A DNA stretch of 61,268 bases from a virus. Its lineage: Duplodnaviria; Caudoviricetes. Location: positions 1 through 61,268 of IMG/VR virus record IMGVR_UViG_3300024323_000002, one strand, 5' to 3'. Within the stretch, counting starts at the first letter, position 1, and the number at the start of each line of letters is the position of its first letter. The notes under the pieces were generated by a model, which saw nothing but the letters and a program-made list of their open reading frames with translations, ran no database searches and had not been told where the DNA came from. Positions 8,372 to 16,244 of this stretch are shown here, one piece after another. A program made the position numbers and the translations under genes.

Positions 8372-10078
8372 TTACGATCTCCATAGAGGCCCTTTAGGCC
8401 GAGTTGTGTCCACTAACCAGTCGCAGGCCAAGAGCTTGTTCCCTTGGTTCCCACCGAGACTGGCATCAAATTTGGCGCGTTCTAGCGCGCGGTCTATCGC
8501 GTCGATGTGTTGTCCGCAGCTAAAACAAAACGTGACGCTTACGTGCTCGGCGCTCTGGCCCGTGCGGTGGGTGCGACCGATCAGCTGGTTCAATACGTCT
8601 GACTTGGCTGGTGGTGCGACGACGAGGGAGCTGGACCACCTTTGCAAGTTGCGGCCCGTCGAGTTCGACTGAATCGAGAGGACTGCCCCCGTGGGCGAGC
8701 CATACGATTCGATGGAGCCATAGCGTGAGCAGACGCCCAAGCGATGAAAGAACGGAACGCCAGCCATGTGACTGACCGTCTCGCCGAAGTCTGGGTATGG
8801 CGTCCATAGAAGTCCCTTCGTGCTCTGCAGCCAATCGCTGCACCACCTAACAACAACGTCATCGTACCATAGGACCCGATGCGTCGGTCTGAAACTTGGC
8901 TCGATTGCGCGCCACGCAGACAGTTCTTTATTGAGCTCGTGTGATGGATCGGACGCAGCCCGCTCGAGGCTATAAACACTTGGATAAAGTGTGCCCACAT
9001 AAGCATTACAGATCGATGCCCACAGGCGTCTCGCCAGCGCCCACTCGGCGGGTGGGCGTGGATCGATAACCTTCGCGTAACCCAGCCCGAGCTGCCGCAT
9101 GAGCCGCCAGCGCTCCGCGGGCAGTTCCGCGAACTCGTAGTCGCCCAGGTGGCCATGCAGACGAGTGGATTCATATGCGCGCTCGAGTGCGCGAGAAATA
9201 GCCGCCCGGCGCAGTGTGTGTGAGCCGAGGTAAAGGCTGCACGAGACTGACTGCGCGGGGCGATAAACTAGGTGGCCTGGTGTTCTAGCAGCATGCTCTG
9301 CGACCGCCAGGCGAACGTCGTCGAGGCTGACGTCATTGGCAGGGGCGGGACCGACAAATTCGGTTAGGCACCCGGCCTCCAGACGTTGTTCGACGCGCTC
9401 AGATAACGCGCGATGCCATTGATCGAGAGAGTGCCAGCGAGTCGGATAGGGGCTGTTGCTTGGCCCGTGAGCTAGCTTGGCCAAGAACGCGACGTCTCGA
9501 ATGTCGTCATCTCCGGGGGTGCCCGTAAGCAAGACGACTGCCGTGTTCGGGTTGCGCTTCAAGTAGGCCTCGAAGGCCTTGGAGCGCTGCGAGCCAGGCC
9601 GGAACAGATGGGCCTCATCGACGACCACGAGCTCCCACGCGACGTCCAGGTGGCCAGATCGCACTAGGCGCTCGGCGGAGACGTAGGTGAAGTCGTCGAC
9701 TCGGCAGGCCCAATGGGCCGAGGCCTCGGCTATCTCGCGCTTGGTCTTGTCGAGGAGCTGGGCGTAAGTGATGAAGAGGTTGCGTTTAGTGCCCAGAACC
9801 CGGGGCGACAGGGCTCCCACGAGCAGCTTGCCTGCGCCGACGTTCGCGAGCATGCAGAGACGGCGATTAGCTGCCAGGTCAGCCAGCGCGGCTCGCTGGA
9901 CGTCGAACAGGGGCCGACTGCCCAGTGCACATGATAGATCGGTTGACCAAGCACGACGTGGCAGAGCTCGTATGCGTAGAAACTCGGCATCGGGGATGAC
10001 TGCCCTGCCCCAAGGGGCAGCGTCAATGGGCTCGCAGCCTGACTCGGCGCAGAGCTGCTCGAGGAGAGAGCCGGACAT
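8372..10078 (-). CDS. SF2 (SNF2-like) DNA helicase
   Basis: NVGAGK (Walker A), VVVDEAH, LTGTP, STGRNLQ, QLIGRTHRTGQ. Confidence 0.9.
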   Translation of the reverse strand: MSGSLLEQLCAESGCEPIDAAPWGRAVIPDAEFLRIRALPRRAWSTDLSCALGSRPLFDVQRAALADLAANRRLCMLANVGAGKLLVGALSPRVLGTKRNLFITYAQLLDKTKREIAEASAHWACRVDDFTYVSAERLVRSGHLDVAWELVVVDEAHLFRPGSQRSKAFEAYLKRNPNTAVVLLTGTPGDDDIRDVAFLAKLAHGPSNSPYPTRWHSLDQWHRALSERVEQRLEAGCLTEFVGPAPANDVSLDDVRLAVAEHAARTPGHLVYRPAQSVSCSLYLGSHTLRRAAISRALERAYESTRLHGHLGDYEFAELPAERWRLMRQLGLGYAKVIDPRPPAEWALARRLWASICNAYVGTLYPSVYSLERAASDPSHELNKELSAWRAIEPSFRPTHRVLWYDDVVVRWCSDWLQSTKGLLWTPYPDFGETVSHMAGVPFFHRLGVCSRYGSIESYGSPTGAVLSIQSNSTGRNLQRWSSSLVVAPPAKSDVLNQLIGRTHRTGQSAEHVSVTFCFSCGQHIDAIDRALERAKFDASLGGNQGNKLLACDWLVDTTRPKGPLWRS

Positions 10079-10086
10079 CCGGCCCG

Positions 10087-10341
10087 CTAGACCTTAGCAC
10101 GCAAACCCGCGCTGACGTACTTCTCTCGGAGCGTCTTCTTGTCGGCCTCGGTGCACGTGATCAGCTCGACGACGCTGGCGAGGAACGTCTTGGTGATGGC
10201 GTCTTGCCGCTCGCTGTAGGCCTGCAGAGCATCGGCCACCGTAGTCACGTCTTTGCGAGCCAGGTACCGGCACCCGAGGTCCCAAACGACTGCCAAGAGA
10301 AAGACAGCGATGACCATGCACATGATGCCAAGCTCAAGCAT
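10087..10341 (-). CDS. Small protein with N-terminal transmembrane helix
   Basis: LGIMCMVIAVFLLAVVW hydrophobic segment. Confidence 0.6.
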   Translation of the reverse strand: MLELGIMCMVIAVFLLAVVWDLGCRYLARKDVTTVADALQAYSERQDAITKTFLASVVELITCTEADKKTLREKYVSAGLRAKV

Positions 10342-10567
10342 CGTCGCCCTCGCCTAGCTTGATGATGTTGCGGCTGATCTCGAGGCTGATCATGTCGAGG
10401 TCCAGCGCGGCCTCACGCACGGCCGATGGCTTGGACCGGCCGTTGGTGAGCTCGCGCTGGTGCTCGAACTTGCCGTCTATCACGGCGATGCGATGGGCGC
10501 CGTAGCGGCCTGTTTTGTCTTTGGTGACGATGACGCCAACCGCGTCGGTGATGCTAGGGGTTGCCAT
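10334..10567 (-). CDS. Hypothetical protein
   Basis: ORF in operon; overlaps the recombinase 3' end. Confidence 0.55.
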   Translation of the reverse strand: MATPSITDAVGVIVTKDKTGRYGAHRIAVIDGKFEHQRELTNGRSKPSAVREAALDLDMISLEISRNIIKLGEGDDA

Positions 10568-11322
10568 ATGTATGTTCTGAAGTAGGGCCGGAGCCAGTGC
10601 CGGATCTCCTGGAAACTGTGCTTGCTGACGCGGTGAACGCGGGTCTGCTTCTCGCGCCGGTGGTAGTAAAACGTCACCGTTGTCTCGTCGATCTTGGGGA
10701 AGCCCTGTTCGGCGAGGTACTGGTAAATCTGCGGGGACGTCTGCCCATACGAGCGCAGGTACTCAACAACATAATGTAGCACCGCGGCTTGAGCTGCCTT
10801 GTGCTTTGGGGGGCGCCCCAACGTCGCGCCGTGTTTTCTCAAGACGGCGAGTGCTTGGCGGGTGCGCCAGCCGATGAGCTCGCGTTCGTATTGAGCTATA
10901 GTCTTGAGTATGTTGCGCAACAGCGACCGCTGCGGGCTGTCTGGCTCGTCGGGGTCCTCGCCACAGGAGTAGACCGCCGCCCCAGATTTGCTGATGAAAT
11001 ACTCACAAAAGCCGTCGATCTTCGTGTCGCGCGAGAAGCGATCTCGCAGAGCGATCACGACATAGTCAACGGCCCGACTGCCGACAAACTGAAGGCACTC
11101 ACGTAGGCCCGGTCTTTCGATAGGGTCAGTGTCACCGTGCACGCCTTCATCAATGAACCACTTCTTGACCTCGACTTTGTACAGCTTCGCCCACTTTTCG
11201 ATCAGGTCTCTCTGCGCTTCGATAGACAGAGCCTGTTCGCCGGTGCTGGTACGCAGATAGGCACAAGCCCACCGTGTTTTACGACCCGAGGTGTTGTCTT
11301 GGTTGCGGCCTACTCGTCCCAT
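10480..11322 (-). CDS. Serine recombinase (resolvase/invertase type)
   Basis: AYLRTST (catalytic Ser), Q, DEGVHG, RPGL, RDRFSR, AQYERELIGWRT..LGRPP. No large-integrase zinc-ribbon region. Confidence 0.9.
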   Translation of the reverse strand: MGRVGRNQDNTSGRKTRWACAYLRTSTGEQALSIEAQRDLIEKWAKLYKVEVKKWFIDEGVHGDTDPIERPGLRECLQFVGSRAVDYVVIALRDRFSRDTKIDGFCEYFISKSGAAVYSCGEDPDEPDSPQRSLLRNILKTIAQYERELIGWRTRQALAVLRKHGATLGRPPKHKAAQAAVLHYVVEYLRSYGQTSPQIYQYLAEQGFPKIDETTVTFYYHRREKQTRVHRVSKHSFQEIRHWLRPYFRTYIWQPLASPTRLASSSPKTKQAATAPIASP

Positions 11323-11359
11323 TGCTCAGTTAGCTCCTATCTAGAAAGAAACGATCAAC

Positions 11360-13513
11360 ATGCTCGATATTACCACGTTTCAGCAAAAGAACTACGCTCA
11401 CGGACAGAAAACCACCTTAGATTTCGCCGCTTTCTCCAGACTTTTCGCGCCGGATTCACTGACATGGCTCGAGGGCGAGCCGACGAAGGAGGCGATCGAG
11501 GAGGCAAAGGACCGCTCGCCGTTGTGGTGCCCCAGCGTCTTCGAGGGGGACAAGCGCTCAGCCAAGACCGTCGTCGGGTCGTCTGCCCTGGTGTTCGATC
11601 TCGATCGAGAGGGCGAGGCTGACGGCGTGCGGCTCGAGGGCGTGCTCGGCTGCCTCGAAGGAGTCGATTGCTGGTGCGTGCACTCGACGGCCAAGGGCGC
11701 CCTGCTCTCCCCGGGCCGGACCAAGCTACGCGTGATCCTGCCTTTGGCGCGGGCCGTCGATGCCCAGATGTACAGAAAACTGTGGCACTCGGTCAGAGAT
11801 GAGTTGGGCCTGCCGGCTGACGAGACGAAGGTTGGGCCAGAGTCGTGCTTCTTTCTGCCGAGCGTCTTTTCGGCGCATAGAGACCGGTACGTATACGTCT
11901 GCCGAGACGGCGCCCCACTAGAAGTCGGTAACGGGATAGTCTCACTCGACCTGAATGGCGCCGGGCTGGGTAGCCAGATTGAACGGCACATCGAGCGCAT
12001 CAGGACCGTACGCGTCAATAAGGCTAACGCCCTGGTGGAATCTGGAACGGGGTTGGGGGCTATCTGGGTGCGGTCGGGCCAGTCGACATTCGGCAAGGAA
12101 GACAGCTGGCTAGCGGTCGAACAGGCGCTGCGTAGCAACAAGGTTATGGTCTCGGGCGTTGACGACTGGCTTGAAGCTAGGGGCCATTTCGAACGCGGTT
12201 GGGACTACGGCGTCAAGGTACAGCAGGAGGAGAACGCTACAGTCGTAGCGAATGACAACGGTCGGGTTGCCAACACCGACCGTAACCTGATTCTGATTCT
12301 GCAGGGGCTAGACTGCATGGGTGTTGATAGGCGCAAGCAGGTCGCCGTCTACACCGCTAGGTGCCCATGGGCTATCTCGGCGAAGCCTGGTGACGAGATA
12401 CCCGAGACAGACGCTGCAGAGCTGGTCAAATGGCTGGGGTCTGAGTACCGACTAAATGTAACTGTGTCGAAAGCCGTAGACCTGATGTTCAGGATAGCTG
12501 AACAAAAGAAGGTCGACTGCCTACATGATTACATCATGCGCATGACGGGACCAACTGACCTGACGCTAGCTAGACAGCTTCTATCTACCTTGCTCATTGA
12601 GCTGATGGAAGCTGATGATACGCCGATCAACCGAGCGATTAGTCTCCGTTGGCATATAGGTCTGGTAGCTAGACAGATGAAGCCTGGTGTCAAGTTTGAC
12701 AATGCTATCGTGCTGGTCGGGAAACAAGGTGTGGGCAAAAGTAGCTATCTGCGCGAGCTGTTTCCCGAAGAACTGCAGCTTTGTTGCTTTTCCGACAGTG
12801 TCAGTGTCGATGGTCGCGATGCAGCGCTCGCCTATTCGCGCTTCGCCATAGTTGAATATGGCGAGCTAGCTCACATGACGCGTAAAGGCATCGAGGCGAT
12901 CAAGCAGGAGCTGTCTGCCAGGGAAGCGACGGTCCGGCCAGCTTACGCTAGGGTAGCTAGGACATTGCTACGAACCGCCGCGATTGCTGGTACCACGAAC
13001 GAAGGTGAGTTTCTCGTCGATGTCGAGAATCGCCGGTTCTGGCCCGTCGTCGTTGGTCGACTCGACTTGAATCGACTCCGACAGTTGAGGGGGATGATCT
13101 GGGCGGCGGGTAGGGCGCTCTTCGAGGCTGGCGAGCCGTGGTGGCTCTCTGATGAGGAGTCTGGGTGGCTGCTCGGCGCGCATGAAAACCACGAGTTCGG
13201 CGACCCATGGACAGACATGGTGGCGCGGTGGCTCTCGCTGCCTGTCTCGGCGAAGGTCTGGGGGGAGGACTCGCTCGAGGCTGGCCAAGTCGTAGACGGC
13301 AAGTGGGTGGCTGTTCGTATGGCTGATTTAGGTGTCGCGGTCGGTCTAACGGGCGCAATGTCGATGGCCGACTCGAGGCGTCTCGGGGGGGTTATGCGCA
13401 AGCTTGGGTGGGAGAAAAGTCGGGGTGCGAGGCAGGGAAACTTGGATCGCCGTACGATGGTCTGGAAGAGGCGCGACGGTGATCCAGCGCGCGACGGTGA
13501 TCCAAAACCGTGA
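11360..13513 (+). CDS. Primase-helicase: AEP-like N-terminus plus VirE/VapE-type P-loop domain
   Basis: LVFDLD, VHST, KLRVILPL; PGVKFD..VLVGKQGVGKS, RPAYAR, GTTNE, NRRFWPV. Confidence 0.9.
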   Translation: MLDITTFQQKNYAHGQKTTLDFAAFSRLFAPDSLTWLEGEPTKEAIEEAKDRSPLWCPSVFEGDKRSAKTVVGSSALVFDLDREGEADGVRLEGVLGCLEGVDCWCVHSTAKGALLSPGRTKLRVILPLARAVDAQMYRKLWHSVRDELGLPADETKVGPESCFFLPSVFSAHRDRYVYVCRDGAPLEVGNGIVSLDLNGAGLGSQIERHIERIRTVRVNKANALVESGTGLGAIWVRSGQSTFGKEDSWLAVEQALRSNKVMVSGVDDWLEARGHFERGWDYGVKVQQEENATVVANDNGRVANTDRNLILILQGLDCMGVDRRKQVAVYTARCPWAISAKPGDEIPETDAAELVKWLGSEYRLNVTVSKAVDLMFRIAEQKKVDCLHDYIMRMTGPTDLTLARQLLSTLLIELMEADDTPINRAISLRWHIGLVARQMKPGVKFDNAIVLVGKQGVGKSSYLRELFPEELQLCCFSDSVSVDGRDAALAYSRFAIVEYGELAHMTRKGIEAIKQELSAREATVRPAYARVARTLLRTAAIAGTTNEGEFLVDVENRRFWPVVVGRLDLNRLRQLRGMIWAAGRALFEAGEPWWLSDEESGWLLGAHENHEFGDPWTDMVARWLSLPVSAKVWGEDSLEAGQVVDGKWVAVRMADLGVAVGLTGAMSMADSRRLGGVMRKLGWEKSRGARQGNLDRRTMVWKRRDGDPARDGDPKP

Positions 13514-13768
13514 AAAGTGGATCACCGTGGATCACCCTAGGATCACCGTTGTCGACTCGGACGGTGATCCAACAAATTGTCAACGAAAGCAGAGGGTTAT
13601 AGTAGTGGATCACTGTGGATCACTGTATATCTATAAACATTCTAGCTATAAGCGTAATAGGGGTATATATAGCCCAATATAGCTATAGATAGCCATGCCA
13701 AGACACCATACCCACTCCCACGCGCTAAGTGGGTGATCTACGGTGATCCACGGTGATCCAGTGATCCA
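13474..13768. repeat. Putative lytic replication origin: ~12 GGTGATCCA/TGGATCAC iterons around an AT-rich core
   Basis: Copies near 13476, 13494, 13517, 13527, 13539, 13561, 13605, 13615, 13732, 13742, 13752 and 13761 in both orientations. AT-rich 13597-13692, directly downstream of the primase-helicase. Confidence 0.8.
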
Positions 13769-13769
13769 A

Positions 13770-13841
13770 CCGCCGTTCTGCTGGTTGCAGACGTCTGCCT
13801 TATATGCAGGGTTCGCTGGTTCGATCCCAGCACGGCGGACC
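13770..13841 (+). tRNA. tRNA-Ile, anticodon UAU (short D-arm)
   Basis: Acceptor CCGCCGT/ACGGCGG plus discriminator A then CC; anticodon stem TCTGC/GCAGG with loop CT-TAT-AT (TAT at 13801-13803); T arm GCTGG-TTCGATC-CCAGC. Confidence 0.75.
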
Positions 13842-14240
13842 TCAGTTTTGACCGCCAAGTTTGTCGGGGCGGGAGTCGGTCCCCCCGAACGGCGGATCGA
13901 CCAAAGAGTCGCCCATCTGCTCCTTGATCTGCTTGTGCAGTCGGCCGAAGAAGCTGGACCAGTCGCCACAGATTGACCGGATGCTCGAGATCATGTGGAT
14001 GGTCGACTCGGTGGCTCGGCGCCCCGACTCGGTCGAGCCGCGGACCTGCAAGACGAACCCGTCAGGGTGGGGCGCCAGCATGGCCCATTTCGGCAGCACG
14101 AAGCGCCAGGCGGCGCTTTCCTTCGAGACGAGCACGACCACGCCCCCCAGGTCGTACTTCTTGAGTATACGCTCGACTTCGTCGGCGATAGTGGTTCGGA
14201 GCTTATGTTGATCTGCGTCGTCGAGATTGCGTTTAGGCAT
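13842..14240 (-). CDS. Hypothetical protein
   Basis: ORF track; protein-like composition. Confidence 0.65.
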   Translation of the reverse strand: MPKRNLDDADQHKLRTTIADEVERILKKYDLGGVVVLVSKESAAWRFVLPKWAMLAPHPDGFVLQVRGSTESGRRATESTIHMISSIRSICGDWSSFFGRLHKQIKEQMGDSLVDPPFGGTDSRPDKLGGQN

Positions 14241-14255
14241 GGTCTATTGTGCCGC

Positions 14256-14528
14256 ATGCCGAAGACGATGACCGCCAACGAAACGATGAAAGTGGCCCTC
14301 AAGTTCGTGGCGAAGATCGTCGCGACGATCGGCGAGCATGATCTAGGCCCTGCAGGCTCAGATCGACTCGCGGTTACGATCGGGTGCCTGCTGCTTTCGG
14401 CTGCGGCCGACTTGCAGAAGTTCAAGACACGCGAGCAGTTCATGGCAGACGTCATCGAGCATCTGAAGGGCGCCCCTAGGATCAACGTGGAGATGTGGAT
14501 AGAAGAGCGCGAGACGACGCAACACTAG
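14256..14528 (+). CDS. Hypothetical protein
   Basis: MPKTMTANET start, divergent from the previous gene with only a 15-bp gap. Confidence 0.6.
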   Translation: MPKTMTANETMKVALKFVAKIVATIGEHDLGPAGSDRLAVTIGCLLLSAAADLQKFKTREQFMADVIEHLKGAPRINVEMWIEERETTQH

Positions 14529-14543
14529 CTAGATAGCGTCTAG
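14529..14543. promoter_or_regulatory. Palindromic operator-like site CTAGA-N5-TCTAG
   Basis: CTAGATAGCGTCTAG, identical to 25353-25367; upstream of extended -10 TGCTATGAT (14558-14566). Confidence 0.7.
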
Positions 14544-14576
14544 CTATAAGTGCGGCGTGCTATGATCTAAGCGGGA

Positions 14577-15179
14577 ATGTCCGCTTCGTTCGAGCTCTTG
14601 CCTGCTATCTCGCCGCCCCTGTTCGACAACGTCGTGCGCTCTGACGTAGACACCGCGGACAAGTTGCTTCCGTTGCCGCCAGGCATCACGTATTTCGAGG
14701 CCGACCAGCTCGTTTACCTCAATGTGGTGCCATTGAACGAGGTCGAGTCGTTTTGGGGCCAGATGCCGATAGAGGCCCAGACGCCATATCTGATCGGCGT
14801 GGCGGCGAAGTCGCAGATCGACATGTTCGCGGCTACGACCGCAACGGTGCGGACTTACTCAGTCGTCGGAGACAAGAACAAGGTCGAATGGGTGCCGATG
14901 CAGGCGCCCGAATACGTCGTGACGTACACTGCCACCTCGACACCAACGATCTTTGATCTTGGCATCACGACACGCGCCGAGATTTATATCTCTCCGGCGG
15001 TGAAGGTATACGTCGCGTTTGACCGGCTAGGCGGTAGCGCCTTTGCAACGAACCCCATCCCTGTTTATCCTGCTTCGCCGATGCGCTTCACGCTCGGACC
15101 GCAGTCGAGGCGCATGAGTTTGCATACGGATGTAGGCCCAACTGATGTGACGATAAGCTACATTGGGAAAGCTAGATAG
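14577..15179 (+). CDS. Putative minor virion protein (beta-rich)
   Basis: First gene of the operon leading to the large fiber gene. Confidence 0.55.
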   Translation: MSASFELLPAISPPLFDNVVRSDVDTADKLLPLPPGITYFEADQLVYLNVVPLNEVESFWGQMPIEAQTPYLIGVAAKSQIDMFAATTATVRTYSVVGDKNKVEWVPMQAPEYVVTYTATSTPTIFDLGITTRAEIYISPAVKVYVAFDRLGGSAFATNPIPVYPASPMRFTLGPQSRRMSLHTDVGPTDVTISYIGKAR

Positions 15180-15476
15180 ATGCTATATAGCAAGATTATA
15201 CAAGGGCAGAAGCGGGTGTATGGCGGGCAGCTAAGTGGCGAGCATGTGATCGATTTCGAGCTTATCGGGGCGAATGACGTGCTGCTCTATTTCAGCAAGC
15301 CAGGCGTATGCTTGTTTGGTCCGACTGCGGCTGACGTGACAGGCGCTCCAACGGAAAACTGCTTCGTGATAAATGATTTGGGGAACTATCGCTTTACGGT
15401 CAATCGCGATTCGCGATTCTTGCTCGTTCGGCCCATCCCTTCTGTGACCTGGTCCGTGTTCATGAGCCTCGTATGA
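15180..15476 (+). CDS. Putative minor virion protein
   Basis: Beta-rich; resembles the C-terminal halves of its neighbours (YFS..FG..YRFTV..SR). Confidence 0.55.
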   Translation: MLYSKIIQGQKRVYGGQLSGEHVIDFELIGANDVLLYFSKPGVCLFGPTAADVTGAPTENCFVINDLGNYRFTVNRDSRFLLVRPIPSVTWSVFMSLV

Positions 15477-16114
15477 TTGCCTTTTCTCCGCTCATCGATC
15501 CGCCGACCAATGTCAGCGAGTTCACGTTCACAGCGACGAAGTCTGTGGTCGGGCCGATCAGCCCAGGCGTGAAACTCGTGGCCGCCTCGGCGCCGGTGCA
15601 GCTGGCGTGGGGGAGTCAAGAGTCGGCCCCGCTCAACGTGCCGTTCTATTTCAACGCCAAGCCGCAGGTGTTCAAAGTGGGCAGTGCTGCGCCCTACCTG
15701 GCCGGCACAGGCGACTCGGTGGTGAGTCTCTATGACATCGGAACTGTGTGGAGCTGCGAGCCGCCTCGAGTCCCGAGGCACGCGTTCACGCTTTTCGATG
15801 CCGACTACTACTACGAGCTGAGCATCCATACGGCGACCGAGGTTCTCTTCCAGGTAGACACCAACACGTCGATAGCGTTTGCCGATACTTTCGTGAAGCT
15901 GCTCACGGCGAAGTACTTTCCGATCAAGTCGAAGGTGATATACCGCTGGCGCCTAGATAACGCGCATCGGTTCGTGCACTTCGACTTCGCGACGGCCAAC
16001 ATTGCCTCAGACCGCGAGTTCACAGCTGTACGCCGATTCGAGGGCTTCACCGCTGCTCGTAAGAAAGCACTCAGAGCAAATGCCAAAAGCAAGAAGTCAG
16101 GCGCAGGCGCGTAA
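15473..16114 (+). CDS. Putative minor virion protein
   Basis: ATGA-coupled; beta-rich. Confidence 0.55.
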   Translation: MIAFSPLIDPPTNVSEFTFTATKSVVGPISPGVKLVAASAPVQLAWGSQESAPLNVPFYFNAKPQVFKVGSAAPYLAGTGDSVVSLYDIGTVWSCEPPRVPRHAFTLFDADYYYELSIHTATEVLFQVDTNTSIAFADTFVKLLTAKYFPIKSKVIYRWRLDNAHRFVHFDFATANIASDREFTAVRRFEGFTAARKKALRANAKSKKSGAGA

Positions 16115-16223
16115 GTTCGGCGCGCTCTTTTCAGAGGGCAAGATATCTAGACCAGAGCTCGAAGCACGAGTGAAGGGCGTCAAGGTGTCGAAGCTACCTA
16201 TGCGTGTAAAGAAGAAGAAGTGA
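16080..16223 (+). CDS. Small basic protein
   Basis: MPKARSQAQARKFG...LPMRVKKKK, a common type of small phage protein. Confidence 0.6.
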   Translation: MPKARSQAQARKFGALFSEGKISRPELEARVKGVKVSKLPMRVKKKK

Positions 16224-16229
16224 GTCATG

Positions 16230-16244
16230 CTAGAATCTATCTAG
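16230..16244. promoter_or_regulatory. Palindromic operator-like site overlapping extended -10 (TGCTAGAAT)
   Basis: CTAGAATCTATCTAG abuts ATG 16245. Confidence 0.65.

Noticed and set aside
13474-13768. Iterated repeats as a CRISPR mini-array
   Set aside because: Units are ~9-10 bp, in both orientations, with no regular spacers and no cas operon.
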